From an uncultured Atribacterota bacterium (GTDB lineage Bacteria; Atribacterota; Phoenicimicrobiia; Phoenicimicrobiales; Stramentimicrobiaceae): a DNA stretch of 64,000 nucleotides. Made by a program: the position numbers and the translations under genes. Below, one piece after another: positions 1-10,814 of this stretch. The stretch spans positions 10,141-74,140 of the forward strand of contig CAYSRG010000005.1 in NCBI GenBank assembly GCA_964433555.1, in the 5' to 3' direction. Position 1 is the first letter of the stretch. The number at the start of each line of letters is the position of its first letter. A model generated the notes under the pieces. That model was not told the origin of the DNA. It ran no database searches and saw only the letters and a program-made list of their open reading frames with translations.

Positions 1-129
1 TTAGTATATAGTCGTTGGTAAAAATTTTTTAGGTATGTTTATATTTTTCCCAAAAATAACTTTTTATAAAAACAAATTTAAATTATTAGTATAATTTAGT
101 CAGGGGAAATCTCCCCTGAAACCCCTTTA

Positions 130-460
130 TTATTAGTATTGAGTATATAGTATCGAATATCGAGTCCAAGAGAAGAGAAGAAGAGAAAATTAATTTCTTG
201 AATCTTGTCTTTCACTAAATACAAATAACTAACTACTAACACATTATCGAGCTAAGAGTAAAAAACCAAAGATAACAAAATAATATAATACTTTAATCTA
301 ATTTTTTAATTAATCTGGAAGCCATTTTGCAAATATATTGAATTTTCTCTACCATTTCCCCTTTTAGCTCTTCTCTTATATAACCTAACTCATGGGAAAT
401 AATTATTTGTACAAAATTATTTATATTTACTATATACTACATACTCGATACTCAATACAG
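130..460. repeat. ~330-bp non-coding element bounded by imperfect inverted repeats
   Basis: Outer inverted repeats gtattgagtat...cgagt (135-167) and actcgatactcaatac (443-458). Inner inverted repeats aagagaagag (171-190) and ctcttctctt (~370-385). No ORF. Confidence 0.4.
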
Positions 461-463
461 ATT

Positions 464-1195
464 TTATAAGGCAAAACGTTCACCAAGATAATATTTTCGG
501 GTTATTTCTGAACTGGCTACTTCAGAAGGATCACCAGAAGCCAATATTTTTCCATCATGCATAATATAAGTACGATCAGTAATCTTCATGGTCTCCCTAA
601 CATTGTGGTCAGTAATTAGAATACCCAGTCCCTTTTCTTTTAAGTAGCCAATAATTTCCTGAATATCATAAACCGCAATAGGATCTATGCCAGTAAAAGG
701 TTCATCCAGCAGTATAAAGGATGGTGAACTGGCCAGAGTACGTGCAATTTCTACTCTTCGTCTCTCACCACCGGAAAGCATATAGCCCTTATAATCAGCT
801 AAGTGTTTAATTTCTAACTCCTGTAACATTTTAGAACATCTTTTTTCTCTTTCGGTACGTTCTATACCAAGGGCTTCCAGAATTAACAAAATGTTTTCCT
901 CAACAGTTAATTTCCGAAAAATAGAAGGTTCCTGAGCGAGATACCCTAATCCCATCCGTGACCGTTGAAACATTGGTATGTGAGTAATATCTTTGCCTCT
1001 AAAAAACACCTTTCCCTTATCCGGACGAATTAATCCAGTTATCATATAAAAGGTAGTTGTTTTCCCGGCTCCATTAGAACCGAGTAAACCAACTACCTCT
1101 CCTCTATTGATTTCTATATTAACTTCATCAACAACTTTGCGTCTGCGATAAATCTTAACCAGTTGTTCGGTCCATATTTTTTCCAAATTTTCCAA
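464..1195 (-). CDS. lptB: LPS export ABC transporter ATP-binding protein LptB
   Basis: 243 aa. Walker A GSNGAGKTT, ABC signature LSGGERRRVEIAR. LptB-type GLGYLAQEPSIFRKLTVEEN motif. Confidence 0.85.
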   Translation of the reverse strand: MENLEKIWTEQLVKIYRRRKVVDEVNIEINRGEVVGLLGSNGAGKTTTFYMITGLIRPDKGKVFFRGKDITHIPMFQRSRMGLGYLAQEPSIFRKLTVEENILLILEALGIERTEREKRCSKMLQELEIKHLADYKGYMLSGGERRRVEIARTLASSPSFILLDEPFTGIDPIAVYDIQEIIGYLKEKGLGILITDHNVRETMKITDRTYIMHDGKILASGDPSEVASSEITRKYYLGERFAL

Positions 1196-1266
1196 ATGCT
1201 TCTCCCGAAAATTGATTGATAACTAACTGCAAGCTAATTAAATAAACCTTTATCTAAAATAATGAT

Positions 1267-1797
1267 TTATTTGCTGGAGGTAATCCTCTGAATTTCAGCA
1301 ATTACATCCTGCGTCAGATGCTCACCACCATATAAAATGACTGGGTATTCATTGAGGTCATTTCCGGTAAATACTGGAACTTCACTATTAATAATTACTT
1401 GATACTTACCTTTTTCCCCAACAGCCTTTATTGCTTGCAGGATATCTGAATTCCTTTCTGCCTGTAAAGCTTGCATCTGTGCTAATATCTTCTGTTTTAC
1501 CGGTTCCCATTCTGCATTAAATTTCTCCTCCAATTTTTTAAGTTCTGTCTCTTCCAGTCCTTTTCCTTCTTGATTGAGTTTTTCCTGCCTGGTCTGTAAT
1601 TCTGTTCTTAATTCTTGGTTTAACTGATTTATTTTTTCGGTATTAGGATGACTGGCAGTTACTTTAGCCAAACTAACATAACCAACATTCTGAGCTAAAG
1701 CACCTATGGTGAAAAAAGTTAATAAAAAAGCAATTGCTGTTAATAAAAAAGCTACTTTGTATCTGCCCACTATTCTTGCCTTCAAGTTAAAAGTCAT
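1267..1797 (-). CDS. skp: Skp/OmpH-family periplasmic chaperone
   Basis: 176 aa. N-terminal signal/TM segment, then Lys/Glu/Gln-rich coiled-coil typical of OmpH. Lies between bamA and lptB. Confidence 0.7.
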   Translation of the reverse strand: MTFNLKARIVGRYKVAFLLTAIAFLLTFFTIGALAQNVGYVSLAKVTASHPNTEKINQLNQELRTELQTRQEKLNQEGKGLEETELKKLEEKFNAEWEPVKQKILAQMQALQAERNSDILQAIKAVGEKGKYQVIINSEVPVFTGNDLNEYPVILYGGEHLTQDVIAEIQRITSSK

Positions 1798-1966
1798 ATG
1801 CTATCTTCCTCCTTAATTTATATGTTAAATACCATAGAATTTTTCAAATATAATTATTAATCAAGTATTTATACTAATACGGTTACGGTTTCTTAAAATA
1901 ACAAATAAAAACAAAAATAATTTATACTAGGTTATTCCTTAAAATTAAATATATACACATTATAAA

Positions 1967-3739
1967 TTAGAAAGTGTGACCAATGCTGAAATAAGCCTTA
2001 CCCTCCTCATCTTCTCCAAAACCATAATCAATACTGATTGGTCCCAGGAAGGTATCAAAGCGTATTCCCACTCCTTTACCAAACTTCAAATCACCTATAG
2101 TAATAGATTCACCAAAATCCCAGGCATTACCCCAATCAGCAAAGATAACTGCTTGTAAATTCTCCGCTAGAGGAAAACGATATTCAATGTTAAAAATAAG
2201 AGAAGTATCTCCTGAGAATTCTTTATAATCATAGCCCCTTATAGTGCCTAATCCTCCGACTTCGTATTTAGCAAAAGAGGGTAAAGAAGTATCACCAACG
2301 CCGACTACCATTCTCATCGCCAGTACACCCTGATTGATGGTACCGGTGATAGTGGTGTCATCTGCTCGGTCTTCTTCAAATATGTCAGTAGAAAGATAAG
2401 TACGCAAATCTAAATCATATTTACGGTAGTCATAATCTCCTCCCAGTATCCCACCAGCACTTTGAATAGAAGCAGTACCATACCATCCTTCTGTTGGATT
2501 AAATCTGTCATCTCGGGTATCGTAAATCAATATCGGTCGGAAACTATTGGTTAGTCCTTCCTGAATATTATCAGGTAACTTACCGGATATTAATTGATAA
2601 CTAGCATCCTCAGTCTTTAACTCCAAGCCAACTTTAAAGTGTTCTTTAAACTCTCGTCCAAAAGTGAGCTTACCGCCTATTCGTTCCATTTCATATTTTG
2701 AATCAATATCATCAATTTTTTTATTCACTTCCATGAAGGAATCATAAACATCTAAACCAAAAAAAGTAGGGGTATTTCCCAACCAGGGTTCATAGAAGGA
2801 AAAGCTATAAGTAGTCCTGGTACCCACTTCCAGCTTTGCCTCAATGCTCTGACCTCGTCCAAAAAGATTAGATTCTTTAATACTGGCATAGGCAAATAAT
2901 CCCTCACCTGTGCTATAACCTCCTCCACCTCCAAATAGACCGGTACTTTTTTCTTTCACCTCTATTACTACTACAATCAAGTGTTCCTGGCTGCCCGGCT
3001 CTAACCTCATGGCAACATCTTCAAAAAATCCAAGATTATAAACTTCCTGTAATGATTCTTTTACTTTACTAAAATCAAATAACTCTCCGGATTCAATATT
3101 TATTTCTCTCCTTATGACCTTATCAACTGTCTTCTCATTGCCGCTAATCTTTATTTCTTCTATTACCCCTTCAGCCAGTTTAATTAAAAGCACGCCAGTA
3201 TTCTGATTAAAATCAATTTCTTCCAGCTGAGCTAATATTAATCCTCTCTCTTTATATAATTGAGAAATTCTATCCAGGTCATTCTGTAATATCTTTTGAG
3301 AAAATACCTGTCCCTTGCTTAAGACCATAACATCTTTAATTTCCTGAACTGCTAAAATAGTACTTCCTTCAATGACAATATCATCTATAATTGCATTTTC
3401 CTTAACTTGAAAGACGACTCGATAACCATCTCGAAACGGTTCTAACTTAACCTGGACATCCTGGAAATAACCCAAATCAAAGATTGCTTTCATATCAGCC
3501 TGAACTTTATCTTTAGAAAACAGATCTCCAATATCGGAAGAAATTAGAGACACTATAAATTTGGTATCGATATGTTCATTATCGCGTACAACGATGGCAG
3601 TAATTTTCCCATTATTCTGAGCTAGTGCTATATTAAAAAATAGGAAAGGTAATAAAAAAGATATGATAAAAAATAAAAAACATTTATTTATTGTTCTATT
3701 TCTCAACTCTTTTTCCTCCTGGATATTTATTCCTCTCAA
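1967..3739 (-). CDS. bamA: outer membrane protein assembly factor BamA (Omp85)
   Basis: 590 aa. Signal peptide, POTRA-like N-terminus, C-terminal beta-barrel ending in aromatic HTF. Conserved bamA-skp arrangement. Confidence 0.8.
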   Translation of the reverse strand: MRGINIQEEKELRNRTINKCFLFFIISFLLPFLFFNIALAQNNGKITAIVVRDNEHIDTKFIVSLISSDIGDLFSKDKVQADMKAIFDLGYFQDVQVKLEPFRDGYRVVFQVKENAIIDDIVIEGSTILAVQEIKDVMVLSKGQVFSQKILQNDLDRISQLYKERGLILAQLEEIDFNQNTGVLLIKLAEGVIEEIKISGNEKTVDKVIRREINIESGELFDFSKVKESLQEVYNLGFFEDVAMRLEPGSQEHLIVVVIEVKEKSTGLFGGGGGYSTGEGLFAYASIKESNLFGRGQSIEAKLEVGTRTTYSFSFYEPWLGNTPTFFGLDVYDSFMEVNKKIDDIDSKYEMERIGGKLTFGREFKEHFKVGLELKTEDASYQLISGKLPDNIQEGLTNSFRPILIYDTRDDRFNPTEGWYGTASIQSAGGILGGDYDYRKYDLDLRTYLSTDIFEEDRADDTTITGTINQGVLAMRMVVGVGDTSLPSFAKYEVGGLGTIRGYDYKEFSGDTSLIFNIEYRFPLAENLQAVIFADWGNAWDFGESITIGDLKFGKGVGIRFDTFLGPISIDYGFGEDEEGKAYFSIGHTF

Positions 3740-3945
3740 TCATTCCTTTAATAAAAAGTTTTCACTTTTTCTATTATATAACATATCTTAAAATATCTAA
3801 ACCAATTCTAAGAAAATTATTTCAGAAAAATTATTAATTTTACCAAAATGAGATTCAGAATGGTCTATAAATATTTAAAATAGGTGGCAAGGTACCATAT
3901 AGCTTATGGCTTATGCTGCTAATTAGAATAATTCCCTCTGGTAAA

Positions 3946-6900
3946 CTAAAATTGAATATGTAATTTTTTTGCTAAATCATCAAGATAAGTATAAAAAATT
4001 GGTACCACAATAAGGGTTAAGAAAGTTGAAGATGTTAATCCTCCAATAATTGTTACAGCCATAGGGGCTCTCATTTCAGCGCCTTCCCCTGCAGCAATAG
4101 CCATCGGCAACATAGCTAAGACCGTTGTTAAAGTAGTCATTAATATTGGTCTTAAACGTATTTTTCCACCCTGAATAACCGCTTCATTACGTTCTAATCC
4201 TTTTTTCCTTAACTGATTGATATAATCTATTAGTACAATTGCATTATTTACCACAATACCAGCTAACATAATCAAACCGAGAAATGAAAGGACATTAAAG
4301 CTGATATCAGTAATTAATAGCGCCAAAATAACCCCAATCAGTGAAAAAGGAATAGAAAGAATGACTGCAAATGGAAATAATAATGATTCAAATTGGGCAG
4401 CAATAATCATATAAACTAAAAATATAGAAAGAATTAAGGCAAAGAAAAGGCTTTGGAATGACTCTATCATCTCCTCATTTTCACCCGCAAAAGTATAATT
4501 ATAACCTTCTGGTAACACAATTGCCTCCAATTTTTTCTGGGCATCCGGAATAACATGTCCCAGGAAACGACCGCTTATATTGCCTGTGACGGTAACCATT
4601 CTTTGCTGATTTTCTCTGTTTATTACCTGAGGACCGATTCCGGAGACTACTTTAGCAATTTCCTTTAGAGGAATCTGCAATCCATATCCTGAGCTTATAT
4701 ATAAATTTTCTAATTGCTGAATATTTTCTAAATCGCTTTTGTCCAAATTTACCCTGATATCAAACTGGTCTCCGCCTTCCTGATAATAACTAGCAACTTT
4801 TCCTAAAACGGCATCCTGGATATTAGTAGCAATTTGTCCAGCGCTTAAACCATATAAATTAGCCTTTTCTCTATCAATATTAATATGGAGTTCGGGTCGA
4901 ACCTCCTCAACACTACTTTTCAAATCATATATTCCCTCTACTTCACTTAATATGTCTATAATTATCTTTGCAGTATAATCTAACTCTTCAATTGAATCAC
5001 CAGTAATCTTTATAGAAAGAGGGGAGCTGGTAGAAAAAGACATTCCTTGTTCACCGATATTAATTTTTGTATCGGGATAATCACTTATTCGGCTGCGTAA
5101 ATCAGCAATAATTTCTTTGATTCCTCTTTCTCTTTCAGACTGGTCAGTTAAGCTAACCATTAGGGACCCGGAATTGTTACCACCTCCGCCCATACCCATT
5201 CCCATTCCTTCTCCACCAATACCAGTGAAGATATTTTTAACTTCAGGAATGCTCTGGGTAATTCTTTCAATATCTTCTACAACTTCCCTGGTAACCTCAA
5301 GATTCGTACCCACCGGTAAGGATATATTAATATTGAAAGAACCCTGGTCTACAGAAGGAAAAAATTCTGTCCCAATTATTGGCACGAGAAGAAAAGATAT
5401 TATTAATATTATAAAGGCAAATATGGTTACCATGCCACGATGACGTAAAGAACCTCGAATAAGATTTCCATAAATTCTATTTATAAAATTAAATAATCGG
5501 CCTCTCCCTTCAATATACTCGGTACCAACTGCACTATCAGCTTCATGATTATCATTAGCTGGATTATTATTCTTTTCCATAGACGAAGATAAAGATTTTG
5601 TCGGCTTCAGTGTTCTTCTTATCAATTTTGAAGAAAGCATGGGGATTAAAGTCAGTGCAACAAATAAAGACATAAGCAGTGAAAAGGTTATTGTTAAACC
5701 CATTGATTTAAACAATTCTCCGGCTATTCCAGAAACATAAGCTACTGGCAAAAAAACCGCGATGGTAGTCAGAGTGGAAGCTGTAATGGCTTGACTAACC
5801 TCGTTAGCACCTTCCTGAGATGCTAGTAACGCATTTTTCCCCATCTCCCGTTGTCGATAAATATTTTCCGAAACAACTATGCCATTATCAACCAGCATTC
5901 CTATTCCTAATGCCAGTCCACCGAGTGTCATCATGTTTAGCGTTAAATTGGAAAAATATAGTAGGGTAAAAGTAGAAATTACTGAAATAGGTATAGCTAA
6001 TCCGATAATAATTGTGCCACTTATGCTGCGTAAAAATAGATATAATACCAGAATAGCCAGAACAGCTCCAAAAAGGAGAGTATTGGTCACTTCAGAAATA
6101 GTTTTTTTAATGAAATCAGAAGAATCATATATATTTATAATCTGAATATCGCCCGGAAGCAGCTCTTCTATTCGTTTCAATTCATGGTTAATCCTGTTGG
6201 CAACAATTACCGTGTTTGCTCCAGATTCTTTCTGAATACTGAAGGCCACACTGGGCAATCCATTAATATAATTTATTGAATTTTTTTCTTTGAAGGTATC
6301 TGTTATTTGAGCAATATCCTTTAAATAGACTTGATTTCCCTGCAAATTAGTAATCACTACATTGCGAATATCTTCAATGCTTTCAAATCGTCCCAGGGTT
6401 CTAATTAACAAATCAATAGTACCATCACGAACAGTTCCAGCCGGTAAATTGATATTTTCACTTCTTAAAGACATAACAATTTGATCTAATGTCAACTGAT
6501 TCGCACGGATTTTTTCACTATTTAAGGAAACTAATATTTCTCTTTCTAATCCTCCACTTACTGAAGCCTGGGCTATTCCTTCCAATCTTTCCAGTCTTGG
6601 TTTAACAATATCCTGAGCAAATTTTTCCAATTCATTAAGTTCATATTGCTCTGAACCCATACCCAATATCATCATCGGCATCATAGACGGATCTGCTTTG
6701 AATATAATGGGATCACTAGCATCACTGGGGAGCATACTTTTTACCATATCTATTTTTTCTCTTATTTCCAAAGATGCAATGTCCATATCAGTTCCCCATT
6801 GAAAAGAAAGCAGTATTATTGAGCTCCCCTCCTGCGAATAGGAATTAACCGTATCAACCTGATTCATAGTACTTACGGCTTCTTCTAAGGGAATAGTAAT

Positions 6901-7086
6901 AAGCGTTTCTATTTCTTCCGGGGCAACACCTGGATAAGAAACTATAACTGCTGAAACAGGAAAGGATAAATCAGGAAGCAAATCAAGACCTAATCCCTGA
7001 TAAGAAATAATGCCAATCACAATGAGGGTAATAAACAACATTAATATAGTAACTGGTCTATTAACTGAAATTTTTGGCAAGTTCAC
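3946..7086 (-). CDS. RND (HAE1/AcrB-family) efflux transporter
   Basis: 1046 aa, 12-TM AcrB-like architecture with large periplasmic loops. Overlaps the MFP gene by 4 bp. Carries a Gly/Met-rich insertion GGEGMGMGMGGGGNNSGS. Confidence 0.85.
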   Translation of the reverse strand: MNLPKISVNRPVTILMLFITLIVIGIISYQGLGLDLLPDLSFPVSAVIVSYPGVAPEEIETLITIPLEEAVSTMNQVDTVNSYSQEGSSIILLSFQWGTDMDIASLEIREKIDMVKSMLPSDASDPIIFKADPSMMPMMILGMGSEQYELNELEKFAQDIVKPRLERLEGIAQASVSGGLEREILVSLNSEKIRANQLTLDQIVMSLRSENINLPAGTVRDGTIDLLIRTLGRFESIEDIRNVVITNLQGNQVYLKDIAQITDTFKEKNSINYINGLPSVAFSIQKESGANTVIVANRINHELKRIEELLPGDIQIINIYDSSDFIKKTISEVTNTLLFGAVLAILVLYLFLRSISGTIIIGLAIPISVISTFTLLYFSNLTLNMMTLGGLALGIGMLVDNGIVVSENIYRQREMGKNALLASQEGANEVSQAITASTLTTIAVFLPVAYVSGIAGELFKSMGLTITFSLLMSLFVALTLIPMLSSKLIRRTLKPTKSLSSSMEKNNNPANDNHEADSAVGTEYIEGRGRLFNFINRIYGNLIRGSLRHRGMVTIFAFIILIISFLLVPIIGTEFFPSVDQGSFNINISLPVGTNLEVTREVVEDIERITQSIPEVKNIFTGIGGEGMGMGMGGGGNNSGSLMVSLTDQSERERGIKEIIADLRSRISDYPDTKINIGEQGMSFSTSSPLSIKITGDSIEELDYTAKIIIDILSEVEGIYDLKSSVEEVRPELHINIDREKANLYGLSAGQIATNIQDAVLGKVASYYQEGGDQFDIRVNLDKSDLENIQQLENLYISSGYGLQIPLKEIAKVVSGIGPQVINRENQQRMVTVTGNISGRFLGHVIPDAQKKLEAIVLPEGYNYTFAGENEEMIESFQSLFFALILSIFLVYMIIAAQFESLLFPFAVILSIPFSLIGVILALLITDISFNVLSFLGLIMLAGIVVNNAIVLIDYINQLRKKGLERNEAVIQGGKIRLRPILMTTLTTVLAMLPMAIAAGEGAEMRAPMAVTIIGGLTSSTFLTLIVVPIFYTYLDDLAKKLHIQF

Positions 7087-8369
7087 TGCTGCATATCCTC
7101 CCGGTTGATAACCCTGATTTTCTCCCCACCTTGAAGTGTTATATTTCCGGAAATAACAATTTCTTCATCCTTATGCAGACCTTGTAGAATCTCAACCTGA
7201 TTACCCTGGCTAATTCCGGTAACAACTTCTCTTTGTTCAACAATATCTCCATTTAAGACAAATACATAAATCCCATCTTTTTTCCTAGTTAAAGCGGTAT
7301 CCGGAATAATAAGGGTATCCTTAATTTCCCTGATTGCTATATTAGCCCTGGCAAAAACGCCAGGTGGTATCTCTGTATCAGGGTTATTTAGTTTTATTTT
7401 AACTTCCATCGTTTTACTAGCAGGATCAACCATCACCCCTTTACTAGTAATTTCTCCGGAAAACACTTTTTGTGAGAAAGCATCAATAAATATTTCAGCT
7501 TTTTGTCCTAATTGTATGGAAGCAATATCTTTTTCAGATATTCCCGTTGTTACATACAATTCGCTGGTATCCACAATAGCTAAAAGAGGTATTGCGGAGG
7601 AAACCAGTTCTCCAATTTTGGCATTAATTGATGTCACTTTTCCACTGATGGGAGCTTTAACCACAGTATTATTTAGTTGAGATTGAGTCATTTCTAAAGC
7701 AGATTGAGCCTGTCTAACCTGTGCCTCTACCGATCTGAGATCCTGTTCAGAGGCACCTTCCATAACCAGCTTGTAACTCTCATTTGCTACCTGATACTGA
7801 GCTTCAGCAATCTCGAATTGATTTTTAGCCTGGTCATGCTGCTGTTCTGAAACAGCACCTTCAGAAAAAAGTTTTTGCATACGTAAATAATTTTCTTCTG
7901 CGCTATCTCTACTTATCTTGGCTTGACGAACTGCTGCTTCTGCTTGACTTATTTCCTGAGGCCTGGCACCGGTTTTGACCTTTTCTAAAGAAGCCTGAGC
8001 CGCATCAAGAGTAGCTTTGGCCTGAGCTACCTGTAATCTAATCTGTTCATCATCCAGACGCATTAATATATCATTTTTTTGTACAGTATCACCTTCCTTA
8101 ACCGATAATTCCTTTACCTGTCCAATACTCTTTGCGTATACTCTAACTATTTCTTTAGGTTCTACCAATCCACTTACAGTAAAGAATGATTTAATATCGC
8201 CCCCTTGAACCCTGGCAACCTGTACTGGCACTATCCTATCTGGTTGTGTCTGAGGGATTGTAGCTATTTCTTGCCTCTGCTGGTAAAAACGATTTGCTAT
8301 TGGTATGATAAGCAATCCCACAAATATGATAATAATTGCATAAAAAACTTTGCGTTTGGTAATTCTCAT
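7083..8369 (-). CDS. efflux RND periplasmic adaptor (membrane fusion protein, HlyD family)
   Basis: 428 aa. N-terminal TM, coiled-coil hairpin (AQAKATLDAAQASLEKVK...), beta-barrel/lipoyl-like segments. Operonic with the RND and TolC genes. Confidence 0.8.
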   Translation of the reverse strand: MRITKRKVFYAIIIIFVGLLIIPIANRFYQQRQEIATIPQTQPDRIVPVQVARVQGGDIKSFFTVSGLVEPKEIVRVYAKSIGQVKELSVKEGDTVQKNDILMRLDDEQIRLQVAQAKATLDAAQASLEKVKTGARPQEISQAEAAVRQAKISRDSAEENYLRMQKLFSEGAVSEQQHDQAKNQFEIAEAQYQVANESYKLVMEGASEQDLRSVEAQVRQAQSALEMTQSQLNNTVVKAPISGKVTSINAKIGELVSSAIPLLAIVDTSELYVTTGISEKDIASIQLGQKAEIFIDAFSQKVFSGEITSKGVMVDPASKTMEVKIKLNNPDTEIPPGVFARANIAIREIKDTLIIPDTALTRKKDGIYVFVLNGDIVEQREVVTGISQGNQVEILQGLHKDEEIVISGNITLQGGEKIRVINREDMQQ

Positions 8370-8666
8370 ATAATAAATTCCTCTCTTAGTCTTAATAGCA
8401 TAATTTTATTCAGTAAATTGTTACCACTTGCCATTATCTTTTAGTTATACAATGGAAATTCTTCCCCTTGAAAATCTCTAAAATTATTCTTCAGCTCGAT
8501 ATGAATTAATCCTTTTTTACTGAATATGTTTAAGCAATATAACTTCTTACTTTGCATATCTGTAAAATATTCAGTTATTATATCATAATCTTTCTGCTAA
8601 AACTATTTTGCTAGAGTATTAATAAATGCTAAATAAGTAATAAATATATAGTTAAACAATAATTTT

Positions 8667-10010
8667 TTAATAATTCCATAATCCCATAGCCTTTATCAAA
8701 GCTGCTCTGCTGGTATTATAATCATGCAAAGCGTTGAGATGGTTAGTTTCTGCTTCAATTAAAGCACTTTGAGCATCAATTACTTCGATATTGGTAGCAA
8801 TGCCCTCATTATATTTTACCTGGGCAATGCGAAAACTCTCCATAGAATCCTTAATACCCTGTTCGGTTACTTTAACTAATTTCTCTGCTTCCTTCATATT
8901 TAGAAAGGCAGAACGCGCTTCAAATTCTATTAACTGTTCAACCTGTTTTCTACTTTGCTCAACCTGGGATAAATTTATTTCAGCCTGTTTTATTTTTGAT
9001 TTATTTACTCCACCATCAAAGATAGGTACTTCTCCTATTACTGCTACCTGCCAGCCAGTTAATCCTGATTCCATATTCATAACTATCTGTGGTCTTCTAT
9101 TGCTTTTGGCTATATCTACCATTCCTTCCATTATAATTCTCTGTTGATTAATATTGTGTATTTCAGGTCGGCATTGCCAGGCTGTTTCCAATGCTTCCTC
9201 CAGGGTAATCTCGCAAGCTTCATAAGAAAGACTATCCTGTAATTGAATGATAGTCTCCAGGGCAATTCCCATAATGGAATTTAAATTATATACTGCCAGC
9301 ATATAACCATTTTCTGCTTTAATTAAATTATGTTCCAGGTGAGATAGCTGAGAATTAATCCGGTTTAAATCAATGGGAGCAATCATTCCTTCTGCCAGTA
9401 GTGACTGGGAGGTCTCCAGATGTGCCTTAATCTGGGTTAAAGCCTGCTCGCTTACTCTCTTTAGTCCTTCTGCCTGTAATACCCGATAATAAGCTTCGGT
9501 TACTCTATAAATAAGTTCCTGTTTATTTGCTTCCAGTTCATTAGCAGCAATAGATTGTTCCGCTTCAGCAAGTTCAACAAGAGTTTTTAGCTTACCACCA
9601 CTGTACAATACCTTGGAAACATTAACTGAGATAAGAGGAACTCCATAACCAGAGGAATAAAGATAACTAAAATCGCCTTCGGCAATACTTTCCATATCGG
9701 GAGCTTCATTCATTCTGATATAACCACCCTGAAATTTGGCACTTATTTTAGTAGCTCCTTTGGTTTCTTTTACCTGCTCCTCTTTTACTTCTACTTTACT
9801 CTGGGAAATACGATATCCCAGATTGTTCTCCAAAGCAATTCTAATACATTCTTCTATATCCAAGCTGAGACTTTCTGCCGAATGAGCCATTTCTAAAAAA
9901 ATTAAAAATATATATATTATTAATAAAATAAATATTGATAACCGGCATGATTTACCTCTTGTAAATGCTATTAACTTATTCATAAATAAACCTCCTTCAG
10001 AATTTAACAA
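8667..10010 (-). CDS. TolC-like outer membrane efflux protein
   Basis: 447 aa. Signal/TM N-terminus, two-repeat coiled-coil OEP architecture. First gene of the tolC-MFP-RND operon. Confidence 0.75.
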   Translation of the reverse strand: MLNSEGGLFMNKLIAFTRGKSCRLSIFILLIIYIFLIFLEMAHSAESLSLDIEECIRIALENNLGYRISQSKVEVKEEQVKETKGATKISAKFQGGYIRMNEAPDMESIAEGDFSYLYSSGYGVPLISVNVSKVLYSGGKLKTLVELAEAEQSIAANELEANKQELIYRVTEAYYRVLQAEGLKRVSEQALTQIKAHLETSQSLLAEGMIAPIDLNRINSQLSHLEHNLIKAENGYMLAVYNLNSIMGIALETIIQLQDSLSYEACEITLEEALETAWQCRPEIHNINQQRIIMEGMVDIAKSNRRPQIVMNMESGLTGWQVAVIGEVPIFDGGVNKSKIKQAEINLSQVEQSRKQVEQLIEFEARSAFLNMKEAEKLVKVTEQGIKDSMESFRIAQVKYNEGIATNIEVIDAQSALIEAETNHLNALHDYNTSRAALIKAMGLWNY

Positions 10011-10036
10011 TAAAAATGAAAGTGATCTTTTTTATA

Positions 10037-10435
10037 CTATTCATTGTTACTTTCTCTTTCCATCTGTTTCATCTTCTTCCAGACTGCAAGCGCCTCTTCA
10101 GCGCTATTAACTTGAACATTGCTAAAAACATGAGGGTGGCGACGGATAAATTTTTCTTTAGCACCATTTAATACCTGTTGATAATCAAATAGCCCTTCTT
10201 CTCTGGCTATCTGTATCTCCAGCAAAATATCCATTAACAAATCTCCCAGTTCCTCACATAAATTTTGAGAATTTTCATTCTCTACAGCTTCTTTTATTTC
10301 TTGCGCTTCCTCCAGGATATTAATCACCATGGAGCTCAGGGTTTGTTTTTTATCCCAGAGACAACCCTGGGGACCTCTGAGTTGAGTAACAATAGAAATT
10401 AATTCCGAAAATAATTCTTTCTCTTTCTGGAACAT
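10037..10435 (-). CDS. MazG-like nucleotide pyrophosphohydrolase (single domain)
   Basis: 132 aa. EEAQEIKEA...ELGDLLMDIL motifs of the MazG/NTP-PPase all-alpha family. Confidence 0.65.
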   Translation of the reverse strand: MFQKEKELFSELISIVTQLRGPQGCLWDKKQTLSSMVINILEEAQEIKEAVENENSQNLCEELGDLLMDILLEIQIAREEGLFDYQQVLNGAKEKFIRRHPHVFSNVQVNSAEEALAVWKKMKQMERESNNE

Positions 10436-10644
10436 TAAAAAAGGTTCTCCTTCCTGATCTGTCCAAACAGCCTTTTAATGTCTACCTATTATTTTATTTT
10501 AAGATAATTATAATTACATTATATTAAAAAAGTTTTAATAACATTTAAATTAAATATAAAATTTTTATAAAAATATTGGCAATATTCTCAATCATATTAT
10601 ATCAAGGATATTCAAGGGGAATCCTTCCCCTTGAGAACCCCGTT

Positions 10645-10760
10645 ACTCAGTATATAGTATATCGTAGTGAATTACTATAGATATAGTATACCGTACTAAG
10701 TATATTGTATATCGTCAATTTAGTCGTCAGTAGTTGGTAGTTAGCATTTGGTATCCAGTA
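10645..10760. repeat. three tandem imperfect ~20-bp AT-rich direct repeats (AGTATATAGTATAYCGTA) plus GTAGTT-rich tail
   Basis: Units at 10649-10666, 10676-10696 and 10699-10718. Same core recurs at 135-167, 428-458 (reverse complement), 19790-19830 and 63077-63100. Confidence 0.65.
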
Positions 10761-10814
10761 TTTAACTATTTAATTAACCAACATATAGGTAACACTTTTG
10801 ATTCAGGACATAGG

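Noticed and set aside
1976-2158. Short plus-strand ORFs lying antisense inside long minus-strand genes. Examples: 1976-2158, 5117-5443, 5879-6145, 8791-9147, 12160-12425, 18298-18618, 24334-24791, 42058-43496, 57633-57851.
   Set aside because: Fully embedded in well-supported genes on the opposite strand. Low-complexity translations with no recognisable motifs. Typical antisense artefacts in AT-rich DNA.
10645-10718. CRISPR array
   Set aside because: Only three imperfect AT-rich units, directly abutting with no unique spacers. No cas genes anywhere in the window.
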